NCBI GenBank assembly: GCA_027622665.1
Contig: JAQBYT010000004.1
Location: 162,434-226,433 of the forward strand
Direction of reading: 5' to 3'
DNA length: 64,000 bases
From: Verrucomicrobiota bacterium
GTDB taxonomy: Bacteria; Verrucomicrobiota; Verrucomicrobiia; Opitutales; Seribacteraceae
Shown: positions 38,162 through 46,757 of the stretch, in pieces
Layout of the letters: each line of letters begins with the position of its first letter
How positions within the stretch are numbered: the first letter of the stretch is position 1
The notes under the pieces: generated by a model
Databases searched by the model: none
The model's input: the letters and a program-made list of their open reading frames with translations, nothing else
What the model was told of the DNA's origin: nothing
Translations under genes and position numbers: made by a program

Positions 38162-38800
38162 TTAGGTGACCTCCGGGAATTGCCACCAAGGTTTCACTTT
38201 CTCGTCGGACTTGAAGATTATCTTGGACTCATCAAATTCTAATCCGTGTTGCAATTTGTAAGCTGTTCCCGCGACGACGTTCATGCACACTCCTCTTGCG
38301 TAACTTGTCTTTGTTTCCTTGTTCTCGCTCGTACCAAATTCAATGTCCGCTTTCCATCCGCGTTCATTCCTGAACTCAACGCGATGCGTTTTGCCTTGTG
38401 GGCGAAGCACGACGAATCCCCCCCAGTGATTGTTCATCAAACGCCATTCAGCACCTTTGTTTCCCTGAAAGAGACTTTGGGGCGCGTATGCGACCATGCT
38501 GAGATAACGACGAGCCATTTAGATAGCGGTCGGACTGCGTTCGACTTCCTCGAGAGGATCTCTTCCCTGCTAATCTTATATAGGACAGCGTTCTTAAGAG
38601 TTTGAGAAGCGACTGCAACCGAAAGGAGTCTGTCCTCGTCCTCGCTTGGAGAATCATGCTGTTGACGGTGGACCATCTCGAATGCTCGCCCAAAGGCGGT
38701 GGGCATCTGTTTCTTGATTAATTCGTCATCGGCAACTGTTTTCCCGTCACTTGGTTTCCGGACTGTGCCGCCATTGAAACGGTGCAGACGATCATAATGC
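38162..38800 (-). pseudogene. Possible decayed gene of unknown family
   Basis: Two overlapping minus-strand frames (38437-38706 and 38162-38518) could join across a frameshift near 38518. No family recognised. Confidence 0.25.
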
Positions 38801-39154
38801 GAGGTTCGCTTCGAGCAATTCGTGCGGCGTAAAGAATGCCCCGTTTCGCCTTGTGGGGAAAGAGAAGTGACGTAGCGAAACCATTCGCGGTCTTCCGGAT
38901 GAATGTCGCTTTGGTCCGTGCTTGGTGTTTTCGCTATCGGTTTTGCTTCTCCGGTGGAGGTCCATGGGTTCCCCTCATTTTCTCAGCCTTTCAAGGTATA
39001 TCGAAGAAACATCTTCGTTTCTTACGGATACGACAACACATTGATAAACCCACCATTGCAAATGGGGGTGATATTACATGATTGTGCGACAACCGATTGA
39101 GGATCGACCTTGGTCGCTCCTTCTACCATCCGCGAATTGTTGGATTCCCGATCT

Positions 39155-40753
39155 TTAGGGTAGTCGCTTGGCGCGAATGTTGCGAAAGAGGACCGTGCTT
39201 CCGGGGTCGTGTCCTTGTAACGCGAACGTGCCTTCGCCTAGAACTCGCTCGAAATTTTCTCCGGGCTTTACGTTGTCGGGTTGTTTCCATTCGACCACGG
39301 TCTTTCCGTTGACTTGAGTTTCGACTTCCCCCCCGTTTACCTTGATGTAAATCTCGAACCACTCGTCATCTTTAGCGGGAGCCGTGAGATTGTCCTTCAC
39401 GCCGTAGAGACTCGCGGTTTTCTTGGGGTCGTGGTAGGTGTTGTTGACTTGGCACTCGAACCCGGCCTTTGGCCATCCTTCGTCTTGGTATTTGGTGTGG
39501 AAGTAAATGCCTGAGTTGGAGTGCGGGAGGGTCATCACTTCGGCCTTGAACTCGAAATTCTTGAATGGTTTCTTGGTTTCGTAGAAGAGATGGCAGCGTT
39601 CCGGAGCATTGGCTACGATGCATCCATCCCTGACTTTAAAGGAATTGTCATTCTCGTTAGCCTTCCAACCCGTTAGCGTCTTGCCGTCAAAAAGGCTTTC
39701 CCACCCTGCATCCGCTTTCTTATGAGACTCGGCATGATGTTCAGCGAGAATGTCGCGACCGAAGTCGCCATTGAAGTCTCGCCAAACGGCGTGAACGTGA
39801 TTGGCTCCGTTTTGGGTGCAGTCGTACTCGAAGAGAAACTTGGGCGTCTGGATGCGATAATAGTGGCCTTCTCCCGGGCTACGACTTCCGGCCCAGGCGA
39901 AGTAGGTTTCCTTAGGATCGATGAGGGGGTTTTTACTTGTCACTTGAGCAAGTGCTTCGGAGCGATGCTTGGCGGCGTAAACCTCTACTATGTCGGCTAA
40001 CCAACCTTTCTGGCGAGGGTTCATTTTTGTGATGGGTAATCCTTTCGGTGGAAAAAAGGTGTCTCTGTTGACCACGCTGTCCCACTTTGTCAGGACGTCG
40101 CTGGGCGCTTTTTCGGAGAGGATGCCCATTTCGCGTTGAGGAGGAGAGAGGGAGCGAGCTAGTTTGCGGGCCAAGTTCTCTTCGTCTGCCAGAACCTTGA
40201 GACCCTTGAATGCACCTTCTTTCACCTCGGCAGGGTTTGTACCGAAAAAACTTGGAGTGACGGAGAAAATACGTCCGTTCACGAGAGTGAAACTTAGGGA
40301 AAGATGATGCCCCTCGAAGCGCCAGCCCCAGGTGCCAGCCTTCGCAGGGTTGCCGAAGATGCAGACATAGTAGAGTTCGGGATTCCGAATGTCGCGTCCC
40401 TCCATCTGGAAGAGAATTTGCTCGAGTGTCATTATGGTGGTGGCCTCGAGATACCCGCGGTGACTGAGGGTGGCGGAAAGTAAACCGTGGGCGAGAATCC
40501 GTTGCTGGGCCGTCATCAACTTTATGGGAAGACCTTGGCGTTTGCCATCGGGCTTGATGAATTTGTCGGGCAGATAGTTCCAACGCTCTCTTTCTTTGCT
40601 GTCCCAGGTGAATAAGGACGCCTTTTTTGCTTTGTCGTCGAGCGAGGCGATAAAACGGTTGGCCGCATCGGCCATGTCTGTGGCGGGATCGTGAGCGAAA
40701 GCAGCGGATCCGAGGATCGCGCAGAAGAGGAAGCATGATAGGGTTTTTTTCAT
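39155..40753 (-). CDS. DUF3500-DUF1080 fusion protein, secreted
   Basis: N-terminal DUF3500 motifs (WGWRFEGHHLSLSF, YYRIQTP, NHVHAVWRD...DFG) and C-terminal DUF1080 motifs (WESLFDGK, NSGIYFH, ALQGHDPGS, FRNIR). Confidence 0.88.
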   Translation of the reverse strand: MKKTLSCFLFCAILGSAAFAHDPATDMADAANRFIASLDDKAKKASLFTWDSKERERWNYLPDKFIKPDGKRQGLPIKLMTAQQRILAHGLLSATLSHRGYLEATTIMTLEQILFQMEGRDIRNPELYYVCIFGNPAKAGTWGWRFEGHHLSLSFTLVNGRIFSVTPSFFGTNPAEVKEGAFKGLKVLADEENLARKLARSLSPPQREMGILSEKAPSDVLTKWDSVVNRDTFFPPKGLPITKMNPRQKGWLADIVEVYAAKHRSEALAQVTSKNPLIDPKETYFAWAGSRSPGEGHYYRIQTPKFLFEYDCTQNGANHVHAVWRDFNGDFGRDILAEHHAESHKKADAGWESLFDGKTLTGWKANENDNSFKVRDGCIVANAPERCHLFYETKKPFKNFEFKAEVMTLPHSNSGIYFHTKYQDEGWPKAGFECQVNNTYHDPKKTASLYGVKDNLTAPAKDDEWFEIYIKVNGGEVETQVNGKTVVEWKQPDNVKPGENFERVLGEGTFALQGHDPGSTVLFRNIRAKRLP

Positions 40754-40897
40754 AGTGACGGGTTAATGAATTATTGCTCATTAAGATGTGCTAACTGCGG
40801 CACACGTCCATTGGAAAATCCTTGAGATCGAGCGTTTTTTCGGGCGACCTTGACTGATCATGGTGTAGGTCGGTATTTGTTTCCTCCGTTCCAAGTA

Positions 40898-42259
40898 ATG
40901 GTAAAAAAGACACAGTCCATAAAATCCAAGCTACCTGAATCTGGTCATGGCTTTCGTGTGCTTGGGGATGACGTGGCTCTTGCCTCGGCATCTCTTTTCT
41001 CCGGTGGCGGGATCGGTGACGTCGGAATCGAGTGGGGAGTGGGCGTACCTGTGCTTGCCGCTTGTGAATTGGTTCCATCACGAGCAGAGCTGATTCGGCG
41101 AAACTTTCCCAATACCCGAGTGTTCGAGGGCGATATTTGGGATTTGTCGGCCGATTACGTTAGGTATGTTCGCGAACGATTGGGTGGACTTCGTCCTTGG
41201 TTGCTCACGCTTTCTCCTCCCTGTCAGGGTATGTCTTCCAACGGTGCTGGCAGAATCTCGTCGGCCATTCGTTCCAGTAAACGAAGCCCCGAAGATGAAC
41301 GCAACAGGCTTGTGTTGCCGGGCATCGATATCTTGGAGCAACTAAAGCCCGATTGGTTTCTAGTTGAGAATGTTCGGCGTATGGAAAACACCGTTATTCG
41401 GAACGAGAGGGGCGACCCTGAAAATATTCTTCAGTTAATTGGTCGCCGCCTGCACCCCCTTGGCTATACCATTCGCTCCGCCATTCTCGATTTTCGTCGA
41501 TACGGAGTCCCCCATCATCGCGATCGGCTAATCACCATCGGGTGCCGCCTGCCTTCAGTTGTCCAAGAGATTCAGCCCCTCGCCGAATTCTTTTCCAAAG
41601 ACCTTTCCGCTCTTCACCCCGCTCCTTCTCACGGTGGTTCCGGTTTGCCGTCTCCTGTAACTTTAAGAGAGGCCGTTGGTTCTTTACCGTCACTCGATGC
41701 ACTGAGCAAACTTTCCGATGCGGAAGACCCTTTCCATCGAGTTCCTCGTTGGAACGAACGACAATACTACTGGATGAGGAATACCCCGGAAGGCGAGACC
41801 GCCTTTGACAACAATCGGTGTATTCATTGCAAAACCGATGGGCATGCCTCGGAAGTCGTCTTTTGCCGTACTTGCAAGAAACCCCTACCTAAGCCAACAA
41901 TTTCAAAAAATGGAGTCGCTCGGCTGGTTCGTGGTTTTCGAACTAGCTACCGTCGGATGAGCTGGGACAAGCCCGCGTCAACCCTTACTATGAATAGTGG
42001 GGTGATTTCCAGTGATCTGAAAGGGCACCCTGACCAACATCGTGTTCTTTCCCTTCGCGAGATTTTGATTTTGAGTACTCTTGATCATTCTAGTTGGAAT
42101 CGCACCTATCAATTCGAAGGAGTGCGACACGGCAGGAGACAAGCCGACTTGGATTTTTCACCGCGATTGGTTCGCGAGGTTGTCGGAGAGTCGATTCCTC
42201 CTCTAGGCATGCACCATATTATTCAACATCTCGCCGATCTCGATGGAAGACTGAAGTGA
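40898..42259 (+). CDS. DNA (cytosine-5)-methyltransferase, solitary
   Basis: Motif I LFSGGG, IV SPPCQG, VI ENV, VIII GVPHHRDR, IX RVLSLRE and X GESIPP. CxxC-x10-CxxC lies in the variable region. An alternative start is at 40850. Confidence 0.9.
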   Translation: MVKKTQSIKSKLPESGHGFRVLGDDVALASASLFSGGGIGDVGIEWGVGVPVLAACELVPSRAELIRRNFPNTRVFEGDIWDLSADYVRYVRERLGGLRPWLLTLSPPCQGMSSNGAGRISSAIRSSKRSPEDERNRLVLPGIDILEQLKPDWFLVENVRRMENTVIRNERGDPENILQLIGRRLHPLGYTIRSAILDFRRYGVPHHRDRLITIGCRLPSVVQEIQPLAEFFSKDLSALHPAPSHGGSGLPSPVTLREAVGSLPSLDALSKLSDAEDPFHRVPRWNERQYYWMRNTPEGETAFDNNRCIHCKTDGHASEVVFCRTCKKPLPKPTISKNGVARLVRGFRTSYRRMSWDKPASTLTMNSGVISSDLKGHPDQHRVLSLREILILSTLDHSSWNRTYQFEGVRHGRRQADLDFSPRLVREVVGESIPPLGMHHIIQHLADLDGRLK

Positions 42260-42265
42260 CGCTCG

Positions 42266-45100
42266 TTACTTTCTCGAATCGGTGTATTCGTTTTCCTGAG
42301 GTCCTTTAAATATTAATCGTATCGCGTCGAGTCGAACGCGAGCTTTGCTCAAAGCCTCGGCCAATTTCTGCATCTGTTCCCGAGTGAGATCGATCTCTTC
42401 TTGTCGAATGTTTTTATTCACCTTTTGGAGAGCGGTGAGACGGTCAAGTTCTCGTTGCATGGTAGCCGTCATGGATTGACTGGCTTCTTTTGCTGTTTTT
42501 TTTGCCGTAGCCGTAGCAATTTTTCGCGCTTTCCCGAGCATGGTCGGGATCAGTTCTTTGCCGACTTTGAAGTCGTCTAGAAGGGCGTAGGGGGAACCAT
42601 CGGTCATTTCGGGTAAGTCGATGGTTACTACCTCTCGTTCTTGGTTAATTAGAACGCGCAATGGAGTAGGTGGGAGAAACCGATCTGCGTGGAGGTGCTT
42701 TGGGGCCAGCGCTTCCAAGACAAAGATTGCTTCGAGGAGAAGAGATTGCTCTTCCTTTTCATCTTCCCACACGCTGAAACTGCAGTTTCCTTGCTCACTC
42801 CCGAGCAATAAATCGACGGCGCCTGTGACGATGGGATGATCGCCGGTCAGGAGTGTTATGTCTTCTCTGCTGAGAGAGTGCTTCCGGTCGAAGGTGCCGA
42901 CGAGTCCTCCTTTGGGCAACCCTGGGAATCCGTCACAGTTTATCGCGGAACGGCCATCTAGGAGGTAGGTGCGGTTGTCCCGTTCTTCCACTCGCACGCC
43001 AAAGTGATCGAACACTTCCAATAGGAAGGTCTCCAACTCAAGTGAATTGTCGATGTCGCGAATTGATTCTACCAGTGCATTCGCCACTTCCGGTCTGTTT
43101 GAATTCAGTTCCAACAATCGGTCCCGACCTTTTTCCAACTTTTCGGCAATGATTATTCTTTGTTGCGAAGAGTTCGATATCAGCTTGGTGAGCTTTCTCT
43201 CTTCTTTGGCGGTTTTCTCAAAGGTCGAAAGGAGCTCGGTGACCTCTTCTCCAAATTGCCTGAACAAAAGGTTTCCTCCCTCAAGATGATTCTCCAAGGC
43301 ATCCAGTCCTTCGTGATACCAGCGGGCAAGGACTTCTTCCGGACCGTTTATCGTGTATGGTACGTAAAGGTGAATGGTTTGCGTTTGTCCGATCCGATCC
43401 AACCTACCTATCCTTTGGGCAAGCAGTTCCGGGTCGATGGGCAGATCGAAAAGAACGAGGTGGTGAGCGAATTGAAAATTCCTTCCCTCACTCCCGATTT
43501 CGGAGCAGATCATAATACGGGCACCGTCTTTTTCTTCGAACCATGCGGCATTGCGGTCTCGCTGGACGAGAGTTAACTCTTCGTGGAATACCGTACTCTT
43601 TACTGTTATTCTTTGGTCTATGGCTTGCTCTATGGCTTTCGCGTTCTCTCTGCTTTCGCAAATAAGCAACACCTTGTCCTCTCCAATCTCCTCAAGCAAT
43701 TTTTCCAACCACAAGATACGTGGGTCCGGGGTGAAACTTGTAGTCTCGGTGGCTTCCTCATCTTCCTCATCGTAATACAAATCATCAAGCTCCACTTCGT
43801 CTTGGTCATCAAGGGAAGGTGTATCTTCCATTGGCGGTTCAAGTGGTATTAAGTGGGCAACGCGTTTTGGAAAACCGCTCATGTTTGCCCGAGTATTCCT
43901 AAAGACTACTCGGCCTGGGCCATGTCGGTCGAGCAGTGCGGACAACAAGTCGATTTCATTCATCTCCTCGGCTTCTATATCCGGCATCGCAGCCAAGAAG
44001 CTTCTTTGCTCGCTCGTGAGAGGACTTCCTTCATGAAGCGCAGTTGCGATTGGAGCTACGTCGGCATAACTTTCGTTTTCGGCCAGAAAGGAAGACAGGT
44101 CGGAATATCTATTGGGATCAAGTAGGCGCAGACGAGCGAAGTGGCTTTCGGGACCTAGCTGCTCCGGGGTGGCGGTGAGGAGCAAGACACCTTCCGCTTT
44201 ATTTGCCAAAGCCTCCACCAGTTCATATTCTGGACTTACGTGATCTGATGTCCACTCCAAGTGGTGAGCCTCGTCCACGACCATCAAGTCCCAATCCGCC
44301 TCGCAGGCTTGTTTGGCTCGATGGGGATCGTTCGCCAAAAAATCAATGCTGCACAACACCAGTTGATCGTCCAAGAACGGATTTACTTTGGGATCGGAAG
44401 TCTCGATTGCGGTGCATCTTTCCTCGTCGAAGATATTCATCCATAAGTTGAACTTCCTCAACATCTCCACAAACCATTGGTGAACGAGAGACTCCGGAAC
44501 TATAATCAAAACACGTTCCGCTCGTCCTGTTAATCGCCGGCGATGAATGATTAGACCTGCCTCGATGGTCTTTCCGAGGCCGACCTCATCGGAAAGTAAT
44601 ACTCTGGGTGCGGAACGATTGCAGATCTCCTGGGCGATATAAATCTGGTGTGGGATGAGATCGACTCTCCCTCCGAGAAATCCCCTCGTTGGAGACTTTT
44701 TCAAGCAGTGCATGATTTCGATGGCCTTTATCCGTAGTTCGGAGACGGAAGCCTCGTCGAAATGCCCACTGTTAAGCCGATCTTCCGGCCCGTCCAAGCT
44801 TATGTTGTCGCTCAAGTGAGCCTCGGGCAGTTCCCAGTCTTCTCCGCAATAGACAAGAGCTTCATTTTCTTCGCGAATGTTTTCGATGAAACGTTTGTTC
44901 CCCTCGTGATCCTCAATCTCTTGACCTACCCTGAATTGTACTCGTTGCAACGGAGCCAGTTCGGAGACGTACAAGCGAATCTCTCCGGTGGCGGGATAAA
45001 GGACGTGCACGCGAGCATTAGCTTCCTGTACCACTGTTCCCAAGCCTAACTCGGGTTCGGACATACTTATCCAGCGTTGTCCTGTTCGGTATTGATTCAT
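42266..45100 (-). CDS. rapA: RNA polymerase-associated SNF2-family ATPase RapA
   Basis: N-terminal GQRWISxxEPELGLG, DEVGLGKTIEAG, DEAHH, LLTATPEQLG, SEGRNFQFAHHLVLFDLP, GRDRLLELNS. Confidence 0.93.
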   Translation of the reverse strand: MNQYRTGQRWISMSEPELGLGTVVQEANARVHVLYPATGEIRLYVSELAPLQRVQFRVGQEIEDHEGNKRFIENIREENEALVYCGEDWELPEAHLSDNISLDGPEDRLNSGHFDEASVSELRIKAIEIMHCLKKSPTRGFLGGRVDLIPHQIYIAQEICNRSAPRVLLSDEVGLGKTIEAGLIIHRRRLTGRAERVLIIVPESLVHQWFVEMLRKFNLWMNIFDEERCTAIETSDPKVNPFLDDQLVLCSIDFLANDPHRAKQACEADWDLMVVDEAHHLEWTSDHVSPEYELVEALANKAEGVLLLTATPEQLGPESHFARLRLLDPNRYSDLSSFLAENESYADVAPIATALHEGSPLTSEQRSFLAAMPDIEAEEMNEIDLLSALLDRHGPGRVVFRNTRANMSGFPKRVAHLIPLEPPMEDTPSLDDQDEVELDDLYYDEEDEEATETTSFTPDPRILWLEKLLEEIGEDKVLLICESRENAKAIEQAIDQRITVKSTVFHEELTLVQRDRNAAWFEEKDGARIMICSEIGSEGRNFQFAHHLVLFDLPIDPELLAQRIGRLDRIGQTQTIHLYVPYTINGPEEVLARWYHEGLDALENHLEGGNLLFRQFGEEVTELLSTFEKTAKEERKLTKLISNSSQQRIIIAEKLEKGRDRLLELNSNRPEVANALVESIRDIDNSLELETFLLEVFDHFGVRVEERDNRTYLLDGRSAINCDGFPGLPKGGLVGTFDRKHSLSREDITLLTGDHPIVTGAVDLLLGSEQGNCSFSVWEDEKEEQSLLLEAIFVLEALAPKHLHADRFLPPTPLRVLINQEREVVTIDLPEMTDGSPYALLDDFKVGKELIPTMLGKARKIATATAKKTAKEASQSMTATMQRELDRLTALQKVNKNIRQEEIDLTREQMQKLAEALSKARVRLDAIRLIFKGPQENEYTDSRK

Positions 45101-45251
45101 GCTTTGGATTGAGTGAAAGGCTCAGCTGTTGGATTGTTCATCAAAGAAGATCGGCTGTGTTGGCGCATGTGGTTGATATCTCCGGGTAGGTTCGTTTTCT
45201 GTCTCTGCTAGAGCAGCTCTGTTTACATGAAAAGGCGGATGGGATTCAGTC

Positions 45252-46757
45252 TTACTGGCCCGACGGAATTTCGTTTACCGTATAGTAGGCATGACGATGC
45301 AGAAGCTCTTCTCCGTCTCGTGATCTGAGTAATCCGAAATCAAATTCGTGGACATGTCCAATTTTCAATTCAGGTAGCTGAATGGTGGCTCTAAGGCCAT
45401 CGCCGGAAAGCCTTACTGTTTCCACGGCCGGAGCGGTCCCGTCCACTTCGGGCCCGCCGTACCCGCCATGGTAGATATGCGTGAACGTCGACACTTTGTA
45501 ATTTTCAGGGTCTTTGCCGGTGGCAATGTCAACGGGTTTTGTAAAGCGTATATCAAATCCCTGCGGTGTAATGTTTATACGCTCGATTTCAAAGGGCATC
45601 CGACCTGTCCATTGGAGGCGTTCCAGTGCGAAAGGCTTGATCCCGCGAACCGGCCAACCGCGGTTCGTCCCACCACAAAGCAAGTTCCCGGCCGGGGTGA
45701 ATTCGACATTGAGAATGCCTGTCGAGAGGCCTTCGCGAAAAGGATAACAGGCTCCTTGCCAGACTCCGTTAACTTTCTCCGTGGTGGCCCGCATAACGAT
45801 GGACTGTGTGTAATCTCCTAGAAAAATCTGATTCTCGAATGGACCGAATTTACCATTGGTTTTGTTGACGACGTATCCTGTAATCGACCTTCCCATTCTG
45901 ATGTAGGGAAAGACAACAGCATAGGGCACCAGTTCCTTGACTCGTTCTTTTTCGGTTGCGATGCGCCCGCCGGACTCGGGCTGGGTTGGCGGAGTACCCA
46001 TTCCCTTGGCATATTTGTACCAGTTGTAACTAATCGGATGCCCCATAAAACCTCCTTCTTTAACGAATTTCAGGCTACATGAGGAATTCCAAGGACCTTG
46101 GCTCTCTATGTAGAACAATGCACCGTGCTCATTGGGGCCGATGCCTCCGGGGCTTCGGAGACCACTGGCAATTGGGATGGTCTTGCCTTCGGGAGTGATC
46201 TTCAAGGCCCATCCTCTGAACAGGGCTCGCGAATGGTACGACGATGACAACCCTAGGGCCACGTAGAGATTGCCTTGGGGATCGAACTTGGAGCCAAAGG
46301 CGTATTCATGATAGTTTGCATAACCCCAAGCGTCCGAGATTACTTCGAATTTGTCTGCCTTGCCGTCGTTATTGCGATCGGTTACCCGAGTCATCTCGCA
46401 GCTTTGGCTTACGTAGAAGGCACCGTCTTTGTACGCTAATCCGAATATCTCGTCGAGTCCGGTGGCGAAAAGCTCGTATTTCGGCTCGGGCTTTTCCTCG
46501 TCCACGCCGGAAAGCAAATAAATGTCGCCTCGACGAGTACCGATTGCGATCCGTTTGTCCGGGAGAGTCAGGAATGCACCGGCTTCCACCACCAAGTTTT
46601 TTGGGATCGGAAGATTGATCAATTTGTAATACTCGCGTTCCCGGTCCGCGGAGCCCCACATGTCGCCCACTTCCTCCGCCCAAGATGGGGCGTTCAGTGC
46701 TGCGAAGGCAAACAAGCCCACAAGCACACTAAGTCTACGGTCAGCGCAAAAGGTCAT
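45252..46757 (-). CDS. Secreted beta-propeller-type protein (sugar/sorbosone dehydrogenase-like), partner of the cytochrome
   Basis: Signal peptide, DRNNDGKADKF, ASGLRSPGGIG; overlaps the cytochrome stop. Confidence 0.65.
   Translation of the reverse strand: MTFCADRRLSVLVGLFAFAALNAPSWAEEVGDMWGSADREREYYKLINLPIPKNLVVEAGAFLTLPDKRIAIGTRRGDIYLLSGVDEEKPEPKYELFATGLDEIFGLAYKDGAFYVSQSCEMTRVTDRNNDGKADKFEVISDAWGYANYHEYAFGSKFDPQGNLYVALGLSSSYHSRALFRGWALKITPEGKTIPIASGLRSPGGIGPNEHGALFYIESQGPWNSSCSLKFVKEGGFMGHPISYNWYKYAKGMGTPPTQPESGGRIATEKERVKELVPYAVVFPYIRMGRSITGYVVNKTNGKFGPFENQIFLGDYTQSIVMRATTEKVNGVWQGACYPFREGLSTGILNVEFTPAGNLLCGGTNRGWPVRGIKPFALERLQWTGRMPFEIERINITPQGFDIRFTKPVDIATGKDPENYKVSTFTHIYHGGYGGPEVDGTAPAVETVRLSGDGLRATIQLPELKIGHVHEFDFGLLRSRDGEELLHRHAYYTVNEIPSGQ

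Noticed and set aside
40898..45100. C5 methyltransferase plus SNF2 helicase as a DISARM/BREX-like defence system
   Set aside because: The helicase has RapA-specific N- and C-terminal motifs, the genes are convergent rather than co-operonic, and no other drm/brx genes are present.
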